Below are positions 1 to 9,344 of a DNA stretch of 64,000 bases, in pieces. The stretch lies in contig CAXXHO010000003.1 of the NCBI GenBank assembly GCA_963667725.2, positions 1,696,001 through 1,760,000 on the forward strand, in the 5' to 3' direction. How positions within the stretch are numbered: the stretch's first letter is position 1; the number at the start of each line of letters is the position of its first letter. A model generated the notes under the pieces. That model searched no databases and was not told where the DNA came from. It worked only from the letters and a program-made list of their open reading frames with translations. A program made the position numbers and the translations under genes. The DNA comes from Treponemataceae bacterium. Lineage in GTDB: Bacteria; Spirochaetota; Spirochaetia; Treponematales; Rectinemataceae.

Positions 1-270
1 CATCGCCGCGATCATCGCTTTTCGCGTGTCGAGGGGAAGGGCCACCAACTCCCGCTGGGCGATGGCGGCCGCGGCGACAGCCTGATCCACGTCGGGGAAA
101 ATCCCCGGCATGCCCATGGCTACGGCACTAGGCGCGGCACCGGGCGCGGCAGCCGGCACCCCCGCCTCCGACGGGGCGCCGGAGGTACTTGCGTTCAGCA
201 AGGCCGAGATGTCGGGGCTTTTCAGCACCTGCTCAACGACCAAGCGTATATCATCAGCCAGATTAGCCAT
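1..270 (-). CDS. Acylating aldehyde dehydrogenase (PduP/EutE family), 5' part only, with N-terminal BMC encapsulation peptide
   Basis: Not in ORF track (runs off the window). Manual translation from ATG at 270: MANLADDIRLVVEQVLKS-(Ala/Pro linker)-GIFPDVDQAVAAAAIAQRELVALPLDTRKAMIAAM, typical of the PduP/EutE N-terminus. Lies directly downstream of BMC shell genes. Confidence 0.85.
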   Translation of the reverse strand, partial: MANLADDIRLVVEQVLKSPDISALLNASTSGAPSEAGVPAAAPGAAPSAVAMGMPGIFPDVDQAVAAAAIAQRELVALPLDTRKAMIAAM

Positions 271-281
271 GCTCTCTCCCG

Positions 282-572
282 TCACTCCTGCTTCCAGACA
301 TAGGCGCCGCCCTGATCGATCGCGTCGATGATGGCGACGATGAGCGCGTCCATCGGCTTGTTGTCGGTGATGTAGGTCCACCGGCAGGAACTGCCCTGCG
401 TCACTAGGACGAGGTGTCCCCGACTGGCGCCCACCATGTCAAGCGCGACCAGGTACTCGCCCTTGCCCTTCCCTCCCTGATCACACTCTTCCAAGAGGAG
501 GAAACGCGGATTCTCGACACCGTCCGACCTCTGGTCGGCGACGACGGTGCCGCACACACGTGCCAGGGTCAT
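282..572 (-). CDS. BMC vertex pentamer (BMC-P, EutN/CcmL family)
   Basis: LARVCGTVV...VALDMVGA..G..VLVTQGSS...DALIVAIID motif pattern. Confidence 0.93.
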   Translation of the reverse strand: MTLARVCGTVVADQRSDGVENPRFLLLEECDQGGKGKGEYLVALDMVGASRGHLVLVTQGSSCRWTYITDNKPMDALIVAIIDAIDQGGAYVWKQE

Positions 573-874
573 TCCTGGGCCGCCGCCTTCTCATAGGTGA
601 AGGCGCCGTCTTTTTCTATGGCATCCACGATCGCGATGATCGTGGCGTCGGAAGGTTTCCCTTTCGTTGTCTCCGTCATACGCGCGCTCGATCCTGTCAC
701 GAAGAACACGATCTCGCCCGCATTGGCTCCCACGCTGTCGATTCCCACCACGAAATCGCCCTTGCCCTTCATGCTGACGGGGTCGATTTTTTCCAGGAGA
801 AGGAGTTTGAGTCCTTCCATGGAGGAGGATTTATGCGTGGAGACCACAGTCCCCTTCACCCGTGCGAGTACCAT
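569..874 (-). CDS. BMC vertex pentamer (BMC-P, EutN/CcmL family)
   Basis: LARVKGTVVSTHK...GLKLLL...DSVGA..GE.V..VTGSSAR...DATIIAIVD. Confidence 0.95.
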   Translation of the reverse strand: MVLARVKGTVVSTHKSSSMEGLKLLLLEKIDPVSMKGKGDFVVGIDSVGANAGEIVFFVTGSSARMTETTKGKPSDATIIAIVDAIEKDGAFTYEKAAAQE

Positions 875-888
875 CGGGTATCTCCCTC

Positions 889-1200
889 TTATTTCTTGCT
901 TTTGGATGAGGCGGGCTTCCTGCCTAAGGGCAGGGCCGCGTCCACCGATTCGTGCGGCCTCGGGATCACGTGGGTCGACACAACCTCTCCGACCTTCTCC
1001 GCCGACCTCTGTCCAGCGTCCACGGCCGCGCGGCAGGCCGCGACATCGCCGCGCACGATAGCCGTCACGTAGCCGCCGCCGATCTTCTCGAAACCGACAA
1101 GATCGACCTTCGCCGCCTTCACCATCGCGTCGGCCGCTTCCACCATCGCCGCGAATCCCCGGGTTTCAATCATGCCGAGCGCATCGTTCGTATCTGCCAT
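889..1200 (-). CDS. BMC hexamer shell protein (BMC-H, EutM/PduA-like)
   Basis: ALGMIETRG...[10 protein letters not shown]...GDVAA...HVIPRPH. Confidence 0.97.
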   Translation of the reverse strand: MADTNDALGMIETRGFAAMVEAADAMVKAAKVDLVGFEKIGGGYVTAIVRGDVAACRAAVDAGQRSAEKVGEVVSTHVIPRPHESVDAALPLGRKPASSKSKK

Positions 1201-1260
1201 TTCATTCTCTCCTTATCGTTCGTCTGTTCCGCCTTCACCGCGGCGGATTCCGGACAGCGT

Positions 1261-1902
1261 TCAGATTCTCGAGACGTTCGCCGCGAGGACCCTTCCTCCG
1301 AGGCCGGCGAGCCTGGCTTCCACCACTTTTCTCGCCTCGATGACTTCGGCTTCAGCACCCGCGATGTAGACCCTGCCGAATGCCCCGAAGCCCACCACTT
1401 CGATGATGTTGACGTCCGCCGTCTTTTCGGCTTCGTTCGCGGCGTAATAAGCGTATCCCGCGGGTTCGACTTCGAGGACGTAGAGGGTATCGCCCCGCAG
1501 GACCATGTTCCCGTGCCTCACCTTGTTGATCAGCTGGGCGTGATGGTCGGAAATGTTCTTGATGAGCTGGCTTGTCATGACGCGGGGCTTCAGCCTGCTC
1601 TCCTCGGTCATGCCGAGCTCGCGGAGTACGGCTTCGCCGGCCATGCGCGCGTCGCCCTGGCTGTCGGAATGCACTTCGAGAAGGCCGTAGGCTCGCTCGA
1701 CGATTTGCAGGCCGGGCGTGACGTTGGTCGCCTTGAGGGCGATATCGGTGAGTCTGTTGATTTCAATGCCGGGGGATATCTCGATCACGCAGCAAGCCTG
1801 CATGCCGATCGGATAGTAGCCCTTGCTGATGGTCGCGATGAACGAAGCGTTCTGCAGCTGGAGAGAGTCCAGAAAAACGTAGGTTCTCAGATCTACCGCC
1901 AT
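1261..1902 (-). CDS. Tandem-domain BMC trimer, CcmP/CsoS1D-like (BMC-Tdp)
   Basis: LRTYVFLDSLQ...EISPGIEINR..DIALKA...ERAYGLLEVH...LEVEPAGYA..AANEAEK...GAFGR matches the CcmP pattern throughout. Confidence 0.92.
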   Translation of the reverse strand: MAVDLRTYVFLDSLQLQNASFIATISKGYYPIGMQACCVIEISPGIEINRLTDIALKATNVTPGLQIVERAYGLLEVHSDSQGDARMAGEAVLRELGMTEESRLKPRVMTSQLIKNISDHHAQLINKVRHGNMVLRGDTLYVLEVEPAGYAYYAANEAEKTADVNIIEVVGFGAFGRVYIAGAEAEVIEARKVVEARLAGLGGRVLAANVSRI

Positions 1903-1905
1903 TGT

Positions 1906-2208
1906 TTATTCCTCCGTCCCTGACCTGCCGAGGGGCAGCGCCGCGTCCACCGATCCATGCGGCCTCGGGATCACGTGGGTCGAAACCACTTCGCCCACTT
2001 TCTCCGCCGACCTTACGCCGGCGTCCACAGCCGCCCTGCATGCCGCCACATCGCCGCGAACGATCGCGGTCACATAGCCGCCGCCGATTTTCTCGAAACC
2101 GACCAGGTCGACCTTCGCCGCCTTCACCATAGCGTCGGCCGCTTCAACCATCGCCGCGAAGCCCCGGGTCTCGATCATCCCGAGCGCGTCGTTCGTTCTT
2201 TCCGCCAT
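1906..2208 (-). CDS. BMC hexamer shell protein (BMC-H), near-identical paralog of 889..1200
   Basis: Same motifs; start set to MAERTND after an AGGAGG RBS. Confidence 0.96.
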   Translation of the reverse strand: MAERTNDALGMIETRGFAAMVEAADAMVKAAKVDLVGFEKIGGGYVTAIVRGDVAACRAAVDAGVRSAEKVGEVVSTHVIPRPHGSVDAALPLGRSGTEE

Positions 2209-2277
2209 ATCCCCTCCTGCTTCCACTCTCCAGTCATTCCGTCGACCCGGAAATTCCGGGTTTCCATAGATAGAATC

Positions 2278-3264
2278 TCAGCGACGCACTATTTCCGTCG
2301 CGGTGTTCTCGTCGGTTATCAGCACGTTTATGTACTTCTGCCGCATCGCCGCTATGATGGCGCCCGTCTTCCCTGCCCCGCCGGCGACGCCGATGCAGAT
2401 TTTCCGATCTTCCCTCAGCGCTTCCAGGGGTATCCCTATCACGCGGTCGTGCACCTCGTCCTCGATGATGTTTCCATAGGCGTCGAAAAATCGGCTGAGA
2501 ATGTCGCCGACAGCTCCCTTTCCGACGAGTCTTTCGAGATCCTGCCCGGAGAGGTATCCCATCTGGAAAAGGCTCGCGGAACTCGACATCTCCCCTATGG
2601 AAATAATATTGATGTCAGCCCTGGAGGCGATGTCAAGCACGTCGTGAATCCAGGGTTCAGACTTGAAAACCTCGGCCCTCTCCTTGGTCTGCGCGATCGC
2701 CGGCGCCCAGATGTTGTAGAAGGGGGAATCGAGTTTGCCCGCTATCTTCTGCCCCATCAGGAAAGGATTCATCGACACGTTGAGCATCAGGTTCCCGATG
2801 AGCGAGACGACATCGATCTTCGCCTCGATGTTCTGGGGCTCGAAATAGTCGGCGAGGTAGGCTGTCGTGCTGCCCCAGCCCACGCCGAGGATGCAATCCC
2901 CGATGGAGCCCAGCCTGCGCTCGAGATAGAGGGCGCCGGCCTTGGCGAAGGACTTCCGCAAACCTTCGGAATCGGTGTGCGGAGAAGGGACGACGACGGC
3001 GTCCTTGAGCCCGTACTTCTCCTTCAACTTCTCTTCGATGCCGAGGAGATTGACGCGGGGGTGTTTGAGCGTGAATCTGATGATCTCCAGATCCCTCGCC
3101 TTTTCCAGATAGCGCTGCACCTTCTGGCGGGAAAGAAAAACCACCTCGGCGATCTCGGCCTGGGTCAGCTTCTCCTTGTAATACAGCCAGGCGATTCGCG
3201 TGACGAGATCCTCCTCGGAATCACCGAAGAGAGCCAGGTCCGCATCGTCCTTTTTAACCGCCAT
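2278..3264 (-). CDS. SorC/DeoR(B. subtilis)/LsrR-family sugar-phosphate-binding transcriptional regulator
   Basis: AWLYY...TQAEIA...SRQKVQRYL HTH; GVGWGST; GAVGDI..RFFD; GVAGG..K..AI.AA; start after GGAGG. Confidence 0.92.
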   Translation of the reverse strand: MAVKKDDADLALFGDSEEDLVTRIAWLYYKEKLTQAEIAEVVFLSRQKVQRYLEKARDLEIIRFTLKHPRVNLLGIEEKLKEKYGLKDAVVVPSPHTDSEGLRKSFAKAGALYLERRLGSIGDCILGVGWGSTTAYLADYFEPQNIEAKIDVVSLIGNLMLNVSMNPFLMGQKIAGKLDSPFYNIWAPAIAQTKERAEVFKSEPWIHDVLDIASRADINIISIGEMSSSASLFQMGYLSGQDLERLVGKGAVGDILSRFFDAYGNIIEDEVHDRVIGIPLEALREDRKICIGVAGGAGKTGAIIAAMRQKYINVLITDENTATEIVRR

Positions 3265-3305
3265 TGGTAGAAGCATCCTCCGCACTGTTAAACTTTTGCT
3301 CACAT

Positions 3306-3355
3306 ATTGAATATCTGCTCAATCTCAAGATACCGCATCTTTATTTAGCTGTCAA
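3306..3355 (-). promoter_or_regulatory. Sigma70 promoter of the BMC operon with palindromic SorC/DeoR-type operator
   Basis: Minus strand TTGACA(3355-3350)-17bp-TATCTT(3332-3327); palindrome ATTGA-N8-TCAAT at 3306-3323 over the predicted start site. Confidence 0.7.
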
Positions 3356-3382
3356 GCGTCGCCATCCCTCGCTTCGTCTTCT

Positions 3383-4441
3383 CTATTTCTTCTCCATGAT
3401 GGCGGGGTTGGCCAGGAATTGCGGACGCGCGCCGGCATGGAGGCGGAGAAATTGGGCGCGCATCAAATTGGGCGCGTTCCAATAGGAGTTTCGCGTATCG
3501 CCCGCCCTGTGATTGGTGAGGGTGAGCCTGTCGTATTTCAGCAGCGGGCTGTCCGCGGGCAGAGGTTCTACGTCAAATACATCGAGGGCAACCCCGCCAA
3601 TGCTCTTTTCCTCCAAGGCCGCGATCAGCGCGGCTTCGTCGATGAGGCCTGAACGAGCGGTATTTATCAGGTAGGCGCCGGGCTTCATGGCCGCGAATTC
3701 CTTCGCCCCGATCATGCCAGCGGTCTTAGGGCTGAGCCGCACATGCAGGGAGATGATATCGGCCGACACGATGAGTTCGTCCAGCGACACCGCCCTGAAT
3801 CCATCCCTCTCGATGACATCGGCCGGCACAAAGGGATCGGCGACGAGGATCTCGGCGTCGAAAGCCCTCAGTTTTCGCGCCACGAGGCGGCCGGTCTGGC
3901 CGTATCCCGCGATTCCGATCTTCAGCTCGTTGAGTTCGGGAATATATGCCGAGTTTGAGTAGGCTTCACGCCAGGTCCCCTGCTTTAATGCGTAATAGGA
4001 ACGCGCGATGTTGCGCGTCTCGGCTATCATGAGTCCTATGGCATACTCTGCCACGGCCTGGGCGTTGTGGTGAGGCGTGTGGATGACGGCTATTCCACGC
4101 CTCGTGGCTTCGGCGACGTCGATATTTTCCAGCCCGCCGCGCGCCGAAAGAATAACCTTCAGCCTTGGACACTGATCCATCAAAGCCTTGCTCACCGGGC
4201 AGATATGCACCGCCAGGACCTCCGCATCCCTGGCCAGGGCGGGAAGATCGGCGGGGTAAGGCAGGCCGGAAGGTCCATGCTGCTCAAGAAGCCGCCAGAC
4301 AGTCCTGATTTCAGCCCTATCTTTCACGACAAAATCGGTGGTCGATACATCTTCCACTATGGTTTCGATCCCGTCGCCACGAAAAACCTTCGCCAGGATC
4401 TGTGTCGGCAACAAGTAATCTCCTACGACCACTCCCTTCAT
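3383..4441 (-). CDS. D-isomer-specific 2-hydroxyacid dehydrogenase (SerA-like catalytic fold)
   Basis: RGGLENID, GIAGYGQTG, LINTARSG, LDVFDVEP, TNHRAG motifs. Confidence 0.9.
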   Translation of the reverse strand: MKGVVVGDYLLPTQILAKVFRGDGIETIVEDVSTTDFVVKDRAEIRTVWRLLEQHGPSGLPYPADLPALARDAEVLAVHICPVSKALMDQCPRLKVILSARGGLENIDVAEATRRGIAVIHTPHHNAQAVAEYAIGLMIAETRNIARSYYALKQGTWREAYSNSAYIPELNELKIGIAGYGQTGRLVARKLRAFDAEILVADPFVPADVIERDGFRAVSLDELIVSADIISLHVRLSPKTAGMIGAKEFAAMKPGAYLINTARSGLIDEAALIAALEEKSIGGVALDVFDVEPLPADSPLLKYDRLTLTNHRAGDTRNSYWNAPNLMRAQFLRLHAGARPQFLANPAIMEKK

Positions 4442-5631
4442 CGGTTCCTCCTATCAAGGTTCTCCACGAGGTCTTTCAGGTCCATTCCATCCGCGGGTAT
4501 GGATTCGCGCCAGTAGGCTACTGACTTCTTAAGTCCGTCCAGCGAATCGCGAAGGTACGCTATGTTCGAAATGAAGATTTCAAAGGATAAATAGATGGCT
4601 TCCGCTCTCGGAGGCATCGCCGGATCGATGGGCTTGTCGTAGGCGGCCAAAAGAGCGCCGAGAAGCGCCCTCCCCTTTATAATTCCCTTTTCGTTGGCAG
4701 CCTGCGTAAATGCGGCGTGCCCGGAGGTCAGGCCATCCGTCTGCTGCATATGGATGATCGGCGAATAGGCGCCCAGCTCCTCGAGCCAGGCGTAGGGCTT
4801 TCCATCCTTTTCCTCAGCGAAAAGGTGGGGATACATGTCAAAGATCGCCTCCAAGGCAGAAATCGTTTTTTCTTCGGATTGGCTGGCCGCATTCTTCGCG
4901 AGATAATCCCATGCTTCATCGGGGCCGAGCCAGAAGTTGGTCACCGTCAGTCCAGCCTTTACGGCGGCGACACAGCGGCCAAGCGTCTCGGCGTCGGGCC
5001 GCAGGAACCGCCGCTGGCCGACCATGTGCCCTACATCGATCGTTGTATAGAAGGGAGCCTTTCCGACCGCATAGACATCGGCCAGAAACTTCTTGGTTTC
5101 TTCGATCCTCCATGGCGTCTGATGAGGAGCGTACATCTGCTCGCAGCTTAAGGGTACGCCCTTGAGCCAGGCTTTCGCCGACAGTTCGCCGTACGCCTGG
5201 ACGACCTTCTTCGATTCAGCCGCGAAACTGGCTGGGTTTTGGAGGATATTCTCCGGAATGGCATGGAATGAAAAACCGATTCCCGCGCCGAGTTCGGCCG
5301 CATAAGGAATGAGTGTCCCGAACCATCCATCCATGATCTGTCTTTTGGCGCGATCGTCGTGGTGGGCAAGGCCTATCGTCCTGTATGTCTGATAGCCGGT
5401 GAAGAAGTTGGCGATTCTCATGCCAAGCCTCGCTTGCCCCGACTTCACTTCGGTGAGCCAAAAATCCATGTAGTCAGGCGGGAGAAAGAGTGGATCGATC
5501 TCATTGTCGGTGCTGGCTTCTATATAGTCGACGCCGAGTCCTTTTATAAGCGGCATCCACTCGGAAGGACGAGCCCATCTCTTGATCGCAAAGCAATTGT
5601 CCATCGTGAGAAAAATCCGGGGATAGGCCAT
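4438..5631 (-). CDS. TIM-barrel sugar-phosphate isomerase/epimerase, EryC-like (D-erythrulose-1P 3-epimerase family)
   Basis: KRW..P, FFTG..TYR..GLAH, EQM, IDVGH, PYAW...SPIIHMQQ...GH..FT..N.KG.I, SVAYW recall EryC; carries an internal insertion of roughly 80 aa. Confidence 0.65.
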   Translation of the reverse strand: MAYPRIFLTMDNCFAIKRWARPSEWMPLIKGLGVDYIEASTDNEIDPLFLPPDYMDFWLTEVKSGQARLGMRIANFFTGYQTYRTIGLAHHDDRAKRQIMDGWFGTLIPYAAELGAGIGFSFHAIPENILQNPASFAAESKKVVQAYGELSAKAWLKGVPLSCEQMYAPHQTPWRIEETKKFLADVYAVGKAPFYTTIDVGHMVGQRRFLRPDAETLGRCVAAVKAGLTVTNFWLGPDEAWDYLAKNAASQSEEKTISALEAIFDMYPHLFAEEKDGKPYAWLEELGAYSPIIHMQQTDGLTSGHAAFTQAANEKGIIKGRALLGALLAAYDKPIDPAMPPRAEAIYLSFEIFISNIAYLRDSLDGLKKSVAYWRESIPADGMDLKDLVENLDRRNR

Positions 5632-5675
5632 TCGTGCCTCCGTGCTGGTATTATTAAACCACAATTTCGAAGATT

Positions 5676-5762
5676 ATGATAATATAATAACGATATCCTG
5701 TCAATAAAAATTTTATTTGACAATATTCTGATACCGTTATACCATAATCAAAGAAACGGTAT
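5676..5762. promoter_or_regulatory. Back-to-back sigma70 promoters with candidate operator
   Basis: Minus: TTGACA(5704-5699)-17-TATCAT(5681-5676). Plus: TTGACA(5717-5722)-17-TACCAT(5740-5745). Inverted repeat ATACCGTT-N16-AACGGTAT (5731-5762). Confidence 0.75.
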
Positions 5763-5787
5763 TCGGAATCCAGGAAAAGGGGAACGT

Positions 5788-6837
5788 ATGCGCGCATTTC
5801 TTTATGAAGGAACTAATAAACTGGAGCTTAAGGAAATAGCCAAACCTTCGGCATCGGAAAACAGCGCCACGATCAAGGTATTGGCCACTTCCATCTGCGG
5901 CACCGACCTGCGAACCTACAGGTTCGGATCCTCGAAAATAGCGCCTCCGCGGGTCATCGGTCATGAAGTGATTGGTAGAATAGAAACATTAGGGGCCGCC
6001 GTCCAGGGATTTGCCGTAGGCGACCGCGTGCAGATCGCGCCAGCCATCGGCTGTGGCAAGTGCAGACCATGCCTCCACGGCCACACGAACCTCTGCGACA
6101 GCCTCAAGACGATCGGCTTCCAATACGATGGTACTTTCGCCGATTATATGGAGATTCCCGCTTCCGCTTTCGAAATGGGAAACGTTACGAAGGTAGAAAG
6201 CCCCATCCCCGACACGGAAGCCGTCCTTTCAGAGCCAATAGCCTGCGTCATCAACGCACAGGAATACCTCGCCATAGAGAAGGGCGACACCGTCGCCATA
6301 TTCGGTTCGGGATTCATCGGCTGCATGCATGCCGAACTCGCCTGGAAGAAGGGAGCCTCGAAGGTGTTCATGATCGAACTCAACGCCCATCGCCGCGAGA
6401 TGTCCAAAGCGATCATGCCCAACCTCATCGCGATAGATCCCTCCCAAGGTTCCGTTGTCGACCAGATTCTCAAGGCGACCGGCGGCGATGGCGTTGATGT
6501 CGTCATAACCGCTTGCTCCTCCGGCGAAGCCCAGCGCGACGCCATGAAGATCGCGGCGAAGAGAGGGAGGCTCAGCCTCTTCGGCGGATTGCCGAACGGC
6601 GTTCCATCGACCGGCTACATCGACAGCAACCTCATTCACTACCGCGAAATATCCGTGTACGGAGTCCACGCCTCCACCGCCGCGCAGAACAGGAAAGCTC
6701 TCTCCCTCATATCCTCGGGAGAACTTTCGGTTAAGCCTTTCGCGGGAGATATCTTTCCCCTGTCGCGCATCGAAGACGCGTTCGCCGAGATCAACGGCGA
6801 GCGCATCATGAAGGCGATCATCGTCCCTGGAGCCTGA
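5788..6837 (+). CDS. Zn-dependent polyol/alcohol dehydrogenase (sorbitol/iditol DH-like MDR)
   Basis: ICGTD, GHE, CGKCRPC...C structural Zn, EP, GSGFIG. Confidence 0.92.
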   Translation: MRAFLYEGTNKLELKEIAKPSASENSATIKVLATSICGTDLRTYRFGSSKIAPPRVIGHEVIGRIETLGAAVQGFAVGDRVQIAPAIGCGKCRPCLHGHTNLCDSLKTIGFQYDGTFADYMEIPASAFEMGNVTKVESPIPDTEAVLSEPIACVINAQEYLAIEKGDTVAIFGSGFIGCMHAELAWKKGASKVFMIELNAHRREMSKAIMPNLIAIDPSQGSVVDQILKATGGDGVDVVITACSSGEAQRDAMKIAAKRGRLSLFGGLPNGVPSTGYIDSNLIHYREISVYGVHASTAAQNRKALSLISSGELSVKPFAGDIFPLSRIEDAFAEINGERIMKAIIVPGA

Positions 6838-6838
6838 G

Positions 6839-8332
6839 ATGGCTGAATTCGTCCTGCAGATGAAGAACATCGTGAAATCCTACTCGGGGGTGAAGGTCCT
6901 CAAAGGGGTCGACCTCGAACTGAGAAAGGGCGAGATACTCGGCCTGGTCGGAGAAAACGGAGCCGGCAAATCGACCCTGATGAAGATTCTGTCTGGCGGT
7001 ACGAGACCCGATGAAGGCAGCATCCTCATCGATGGCGAAATTGTGCAGGTCACCGATCCCATCAGGGCGAGACAACTGAAAATTTGCATGGTCCAGCAGG
7101 AACTCAGTCTCATCAATACGCTTTCAATTCGCGACAACATCGTTCTTGGCAATGAAAACAGGCGGGGATTTTTCCGTACCCTCGACCAGACCGAACATCG
7201 AAGGAGGGCGATTGAAGCCTTGAAGCTCGTCGACCTCGACCTCGATGTCGATCAGCAGGTGGGCAAGGTGTCCGTAGCCTACCAGCAGATGATAGAAATC
7301 GCGAGGAATCTCGCGAGTGAGCCCCGTGTTCTCGTCCTCGACGAACCGACAACGGCCCTGACCCTCGTGGAGGCAAAAATCCTCCTCGAAAAAATGATAC
7401 TGCTCAGGGATTCGGGAGCTTCCATCATCTTCATCTCCCATAAGCTTGAGGAGATCATGTCCGTATCCGACCGCCTCCTCGTCCTGCGGGACGGCGAACG
7501 CGTGGCAGACCTTAAGGCGGGCGATGTCACGAGAGCTCAGCTCATCTACCATATGGTAGGCGACAAGGCACTCCACAAGAAGTCCGACCGGAGGATCCCG
7601 GCCGACGCGAAAGAATGCCTGAAAGTCTCGGATCTTTCGAGAAAAGGCCTTTTCAACAATGTTTCTTTCCGCCTGCGCGAAGGTGAAGTGCTCGGCATTT
7701 TCGGATTGAAAGGCGCCGGCAGGAGCGAAGTCGCCATGTCCATCTTTGGCGCGCTCGAACACGACAAAGGAACAGTCGAGATTCCTGGCGAAAAGGAAAT
7801 AACCTGGGCTCCGCGCAGCGCCATACGCCACGGCATCGGTTTCCTCACGGAAGACAGAAAGGCCACGGGAATATTCCCAAATTGCTCTCTGCGGGAAAAC
7901 ATTTCCATTGTCGACATGCGGAGGGTCTTGGATTCCCTCGGCAGGATAAATAGAAAAAAAGAAGAGAGCGCGGCGAAACGCTTTATCGGCGAACTCAATA
8001 TCAAGGCCTTTTCATCGAGCCAGAAGATCAAGAATCTTTCGGGCGGAAACCAGCAGAAGGTTATCATTGGGCGATGGCTTTTCAACGATTCCAAGGTTCT
8101 GATTCTCGATGAGCCGACAAAGGGCGTCGACATCGGCGCCAAACAGGAAATTTACCAGCAGATCGAAAAACTCGCCGAGGCAGGACGGGGAATTCTCCTC
8201 ATCTCATCCGAGCTGGACGAGATCATGGCCTTGAGCGACAGGATCCTGATCATGCGTACCGGCGAAGTGACGGCGGAATTCGAGAAAAACCAGGCGTCCT
8301 ACAAAGAAATCATGCATTACGCGGCTGGCTGA
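6839..8332 (+). CDS. Sugar ABC transporter ATP-binding protein (RbsA-like, two NBDs)
   Basis: GENGAGKST, LDEPT twice, LSGGNQQKV. Confidence 0.96.
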   Translation: MAEFVLQMKNIVKSYSGVKVLKGVDLELRKGEILGLVGENGAGKSTLMKILSGGTRPDEGSILIDGEIVQVTDPIRARQLKICMVQQELSLINTLSIRDNIVLGNENRRGFFRTLDQTEHRRRAIEALKLVDLDLDVDQQVGKVSVAYQQMIEIARNLASEPRVLVLDEPTTALTLVEAKILLEKMILLRDSGASIIFISHKLEEIMSVSDRLLVLRDGERVADLKAGDVTRAQLIYHMVGDKALHKKSDRRIPADAKECLKVSDLSRKGLFNNVSFRLREGEVLGIFGLKGAGRSEVAMSIFGALEHDKGTVEIPGEKEITWAPRSAIRHGIGFLTEDRKATGIFPNCSLRENISIVDMRRVLDSLGRINRKKEESAAKRFIGELNIKAFSSSQKIKNLSGGNQQKVIIGRWLFNDSKVLILDEPTKGVDIGAKQEIYQQIEKLAEAGRGILLISSELDEIMALSDRILIMRTGEVTAEFEKNQASYKEIMHYAAG

Positions 8333-8351
8333 AAAGGCAGCGGAGGAAAAA

Positions 8352-9296
8352 GTGAGCGACATCAAAGGCATAACTTCAATTGCGAGACATAATATTCTCT
8401 ATTTGGGGCTCGGCGTCATCATCATAGCTCTCTCGATTCTCTCGCCGGCTTTCATGACGGTAGGCAATATCTTCGACATAATCCTTCAGTCATCGATCAA
8501 CGGGATCATCGCCCTCGGTGTCACATTCGTGATCACCACCGGCGGCATCGACCTTTCGGTCGGCGCGATATGGGGCTTGACCGGTGTCGCCTGCGGCCTT
8601 CTTCTGAAAACGGGCATGCCTTGGGGATTGGCCATCCTCGGCTGCATCCTGGCAGGCGCGCTCTGCGGATTCTTCTCTGGCGTGCTCATAACCAAAGGAA
8701 GAATACAGGCTTTCATCGCGACTCTCGCCACGATGAGCATCTATCGCGGCATTTCCCTGATCATCACGAAGGGATACACCGTCTACAATTTCCCCAAGGG
8801 CTTTCGTTACCTTGGAGCCGGCAGGCTTTTTGGCGTCATACCGATACCAGTCTTCATACTTCTCGCCGTTCTGCTGATCAGCATTTTCTTATTCGAGCGC
8901 ACAACGTTCGGAAGGTATCTGGTCGCCATAGGAAACAATAAGGAAGCCGCAAGGTTGTGCGGCATCGATATCAACAGGATGATTACGCTGGCTTATGTCT
9001 ACTCGGGCATTCTCTGCGCGATAGGCGGGGGCATCATAGCCACGGCCAGGCTCAACGCAGGCGAACCGATCGCCGGAAGCGGTGCGGAAACGGACGCGAT
9101 CGCGGCTGTCGTGATAGGCGGCACCAGCCTCGCGGGCGGGGTCACAAAGATAAGGAGAACGGTGATCGGCGCGCTTCTCCTTGGCATGACGAACAACGGG
9201 CTCACGCTTCTCAACGTGCCGACCTACTACAAGATGGCGGTCGTCGGAATAATCATCATCCTCGCCATGCTCGGCGACTCGATAAACAAGGACTAA
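8352..9296 (+). CDS. Sugar ABC transporter permease (RbsC-like)
   Basis: TGGIDLSVG, GNNKEAARLCGI, AIAAVVIGGTSL.GG. Confidence 0.95.
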   Translation: MSDIKGITSIARHNILYLGLGVIIIALSILSPAFMTVGNIFDIILQSSINGIIALGVTFVITTGGIDLSVGAIWGLTGVACGLLLKTGMPWGLAILGCILAGALCGFFSGVLITKGRIQAFIATLATMSIYRGISLIITKGYTVYNFPKGFRYLGAGRLFGVIPIPVFILLAVLLISIFLFERTTFGRYLVAIGNNKEAARLCGIDINRMITLAYVYSGILCAIGGGIIATARLNAGEPIAGSGAETDAIAAVVIGGTSLAGGVTKIRRTVIGALLLGMTNNGLTLLNVPTYYKMAVVGIIIILAMLGDSINKD

Positions 9297-9344
9297 TCCC
9301 GCACGCAGGTGACGGGTTAGATCATATTTTCCCAGGAGGCTTTT

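Noticed and set aside
1261..1902. Carboxysome interpretation because of CcmP similarity
   Set aside because: The locus has an aldehyde dehydrogenase and a sugar regulator, with no RuBisCO or carbonic anhydrase visible
952..3270. Long plus-strand ORFs (952..1923, 1957..3270) opposite the BMC genes
   Set aside because: Antisense shadows of GC-rich coding sequence with no motifs. The same applies to 18448..19572, 20420..21634, 29332..30594, 31184..32782 and similar ORFs.
4438..4490. C-terminal encapsulation peptide on the EryC-like protein (MDLKDLVENL)
   Set aside because: Amphipathic but short and lacking a linker; it may be an ordinary terminal helix, so it is not supportable
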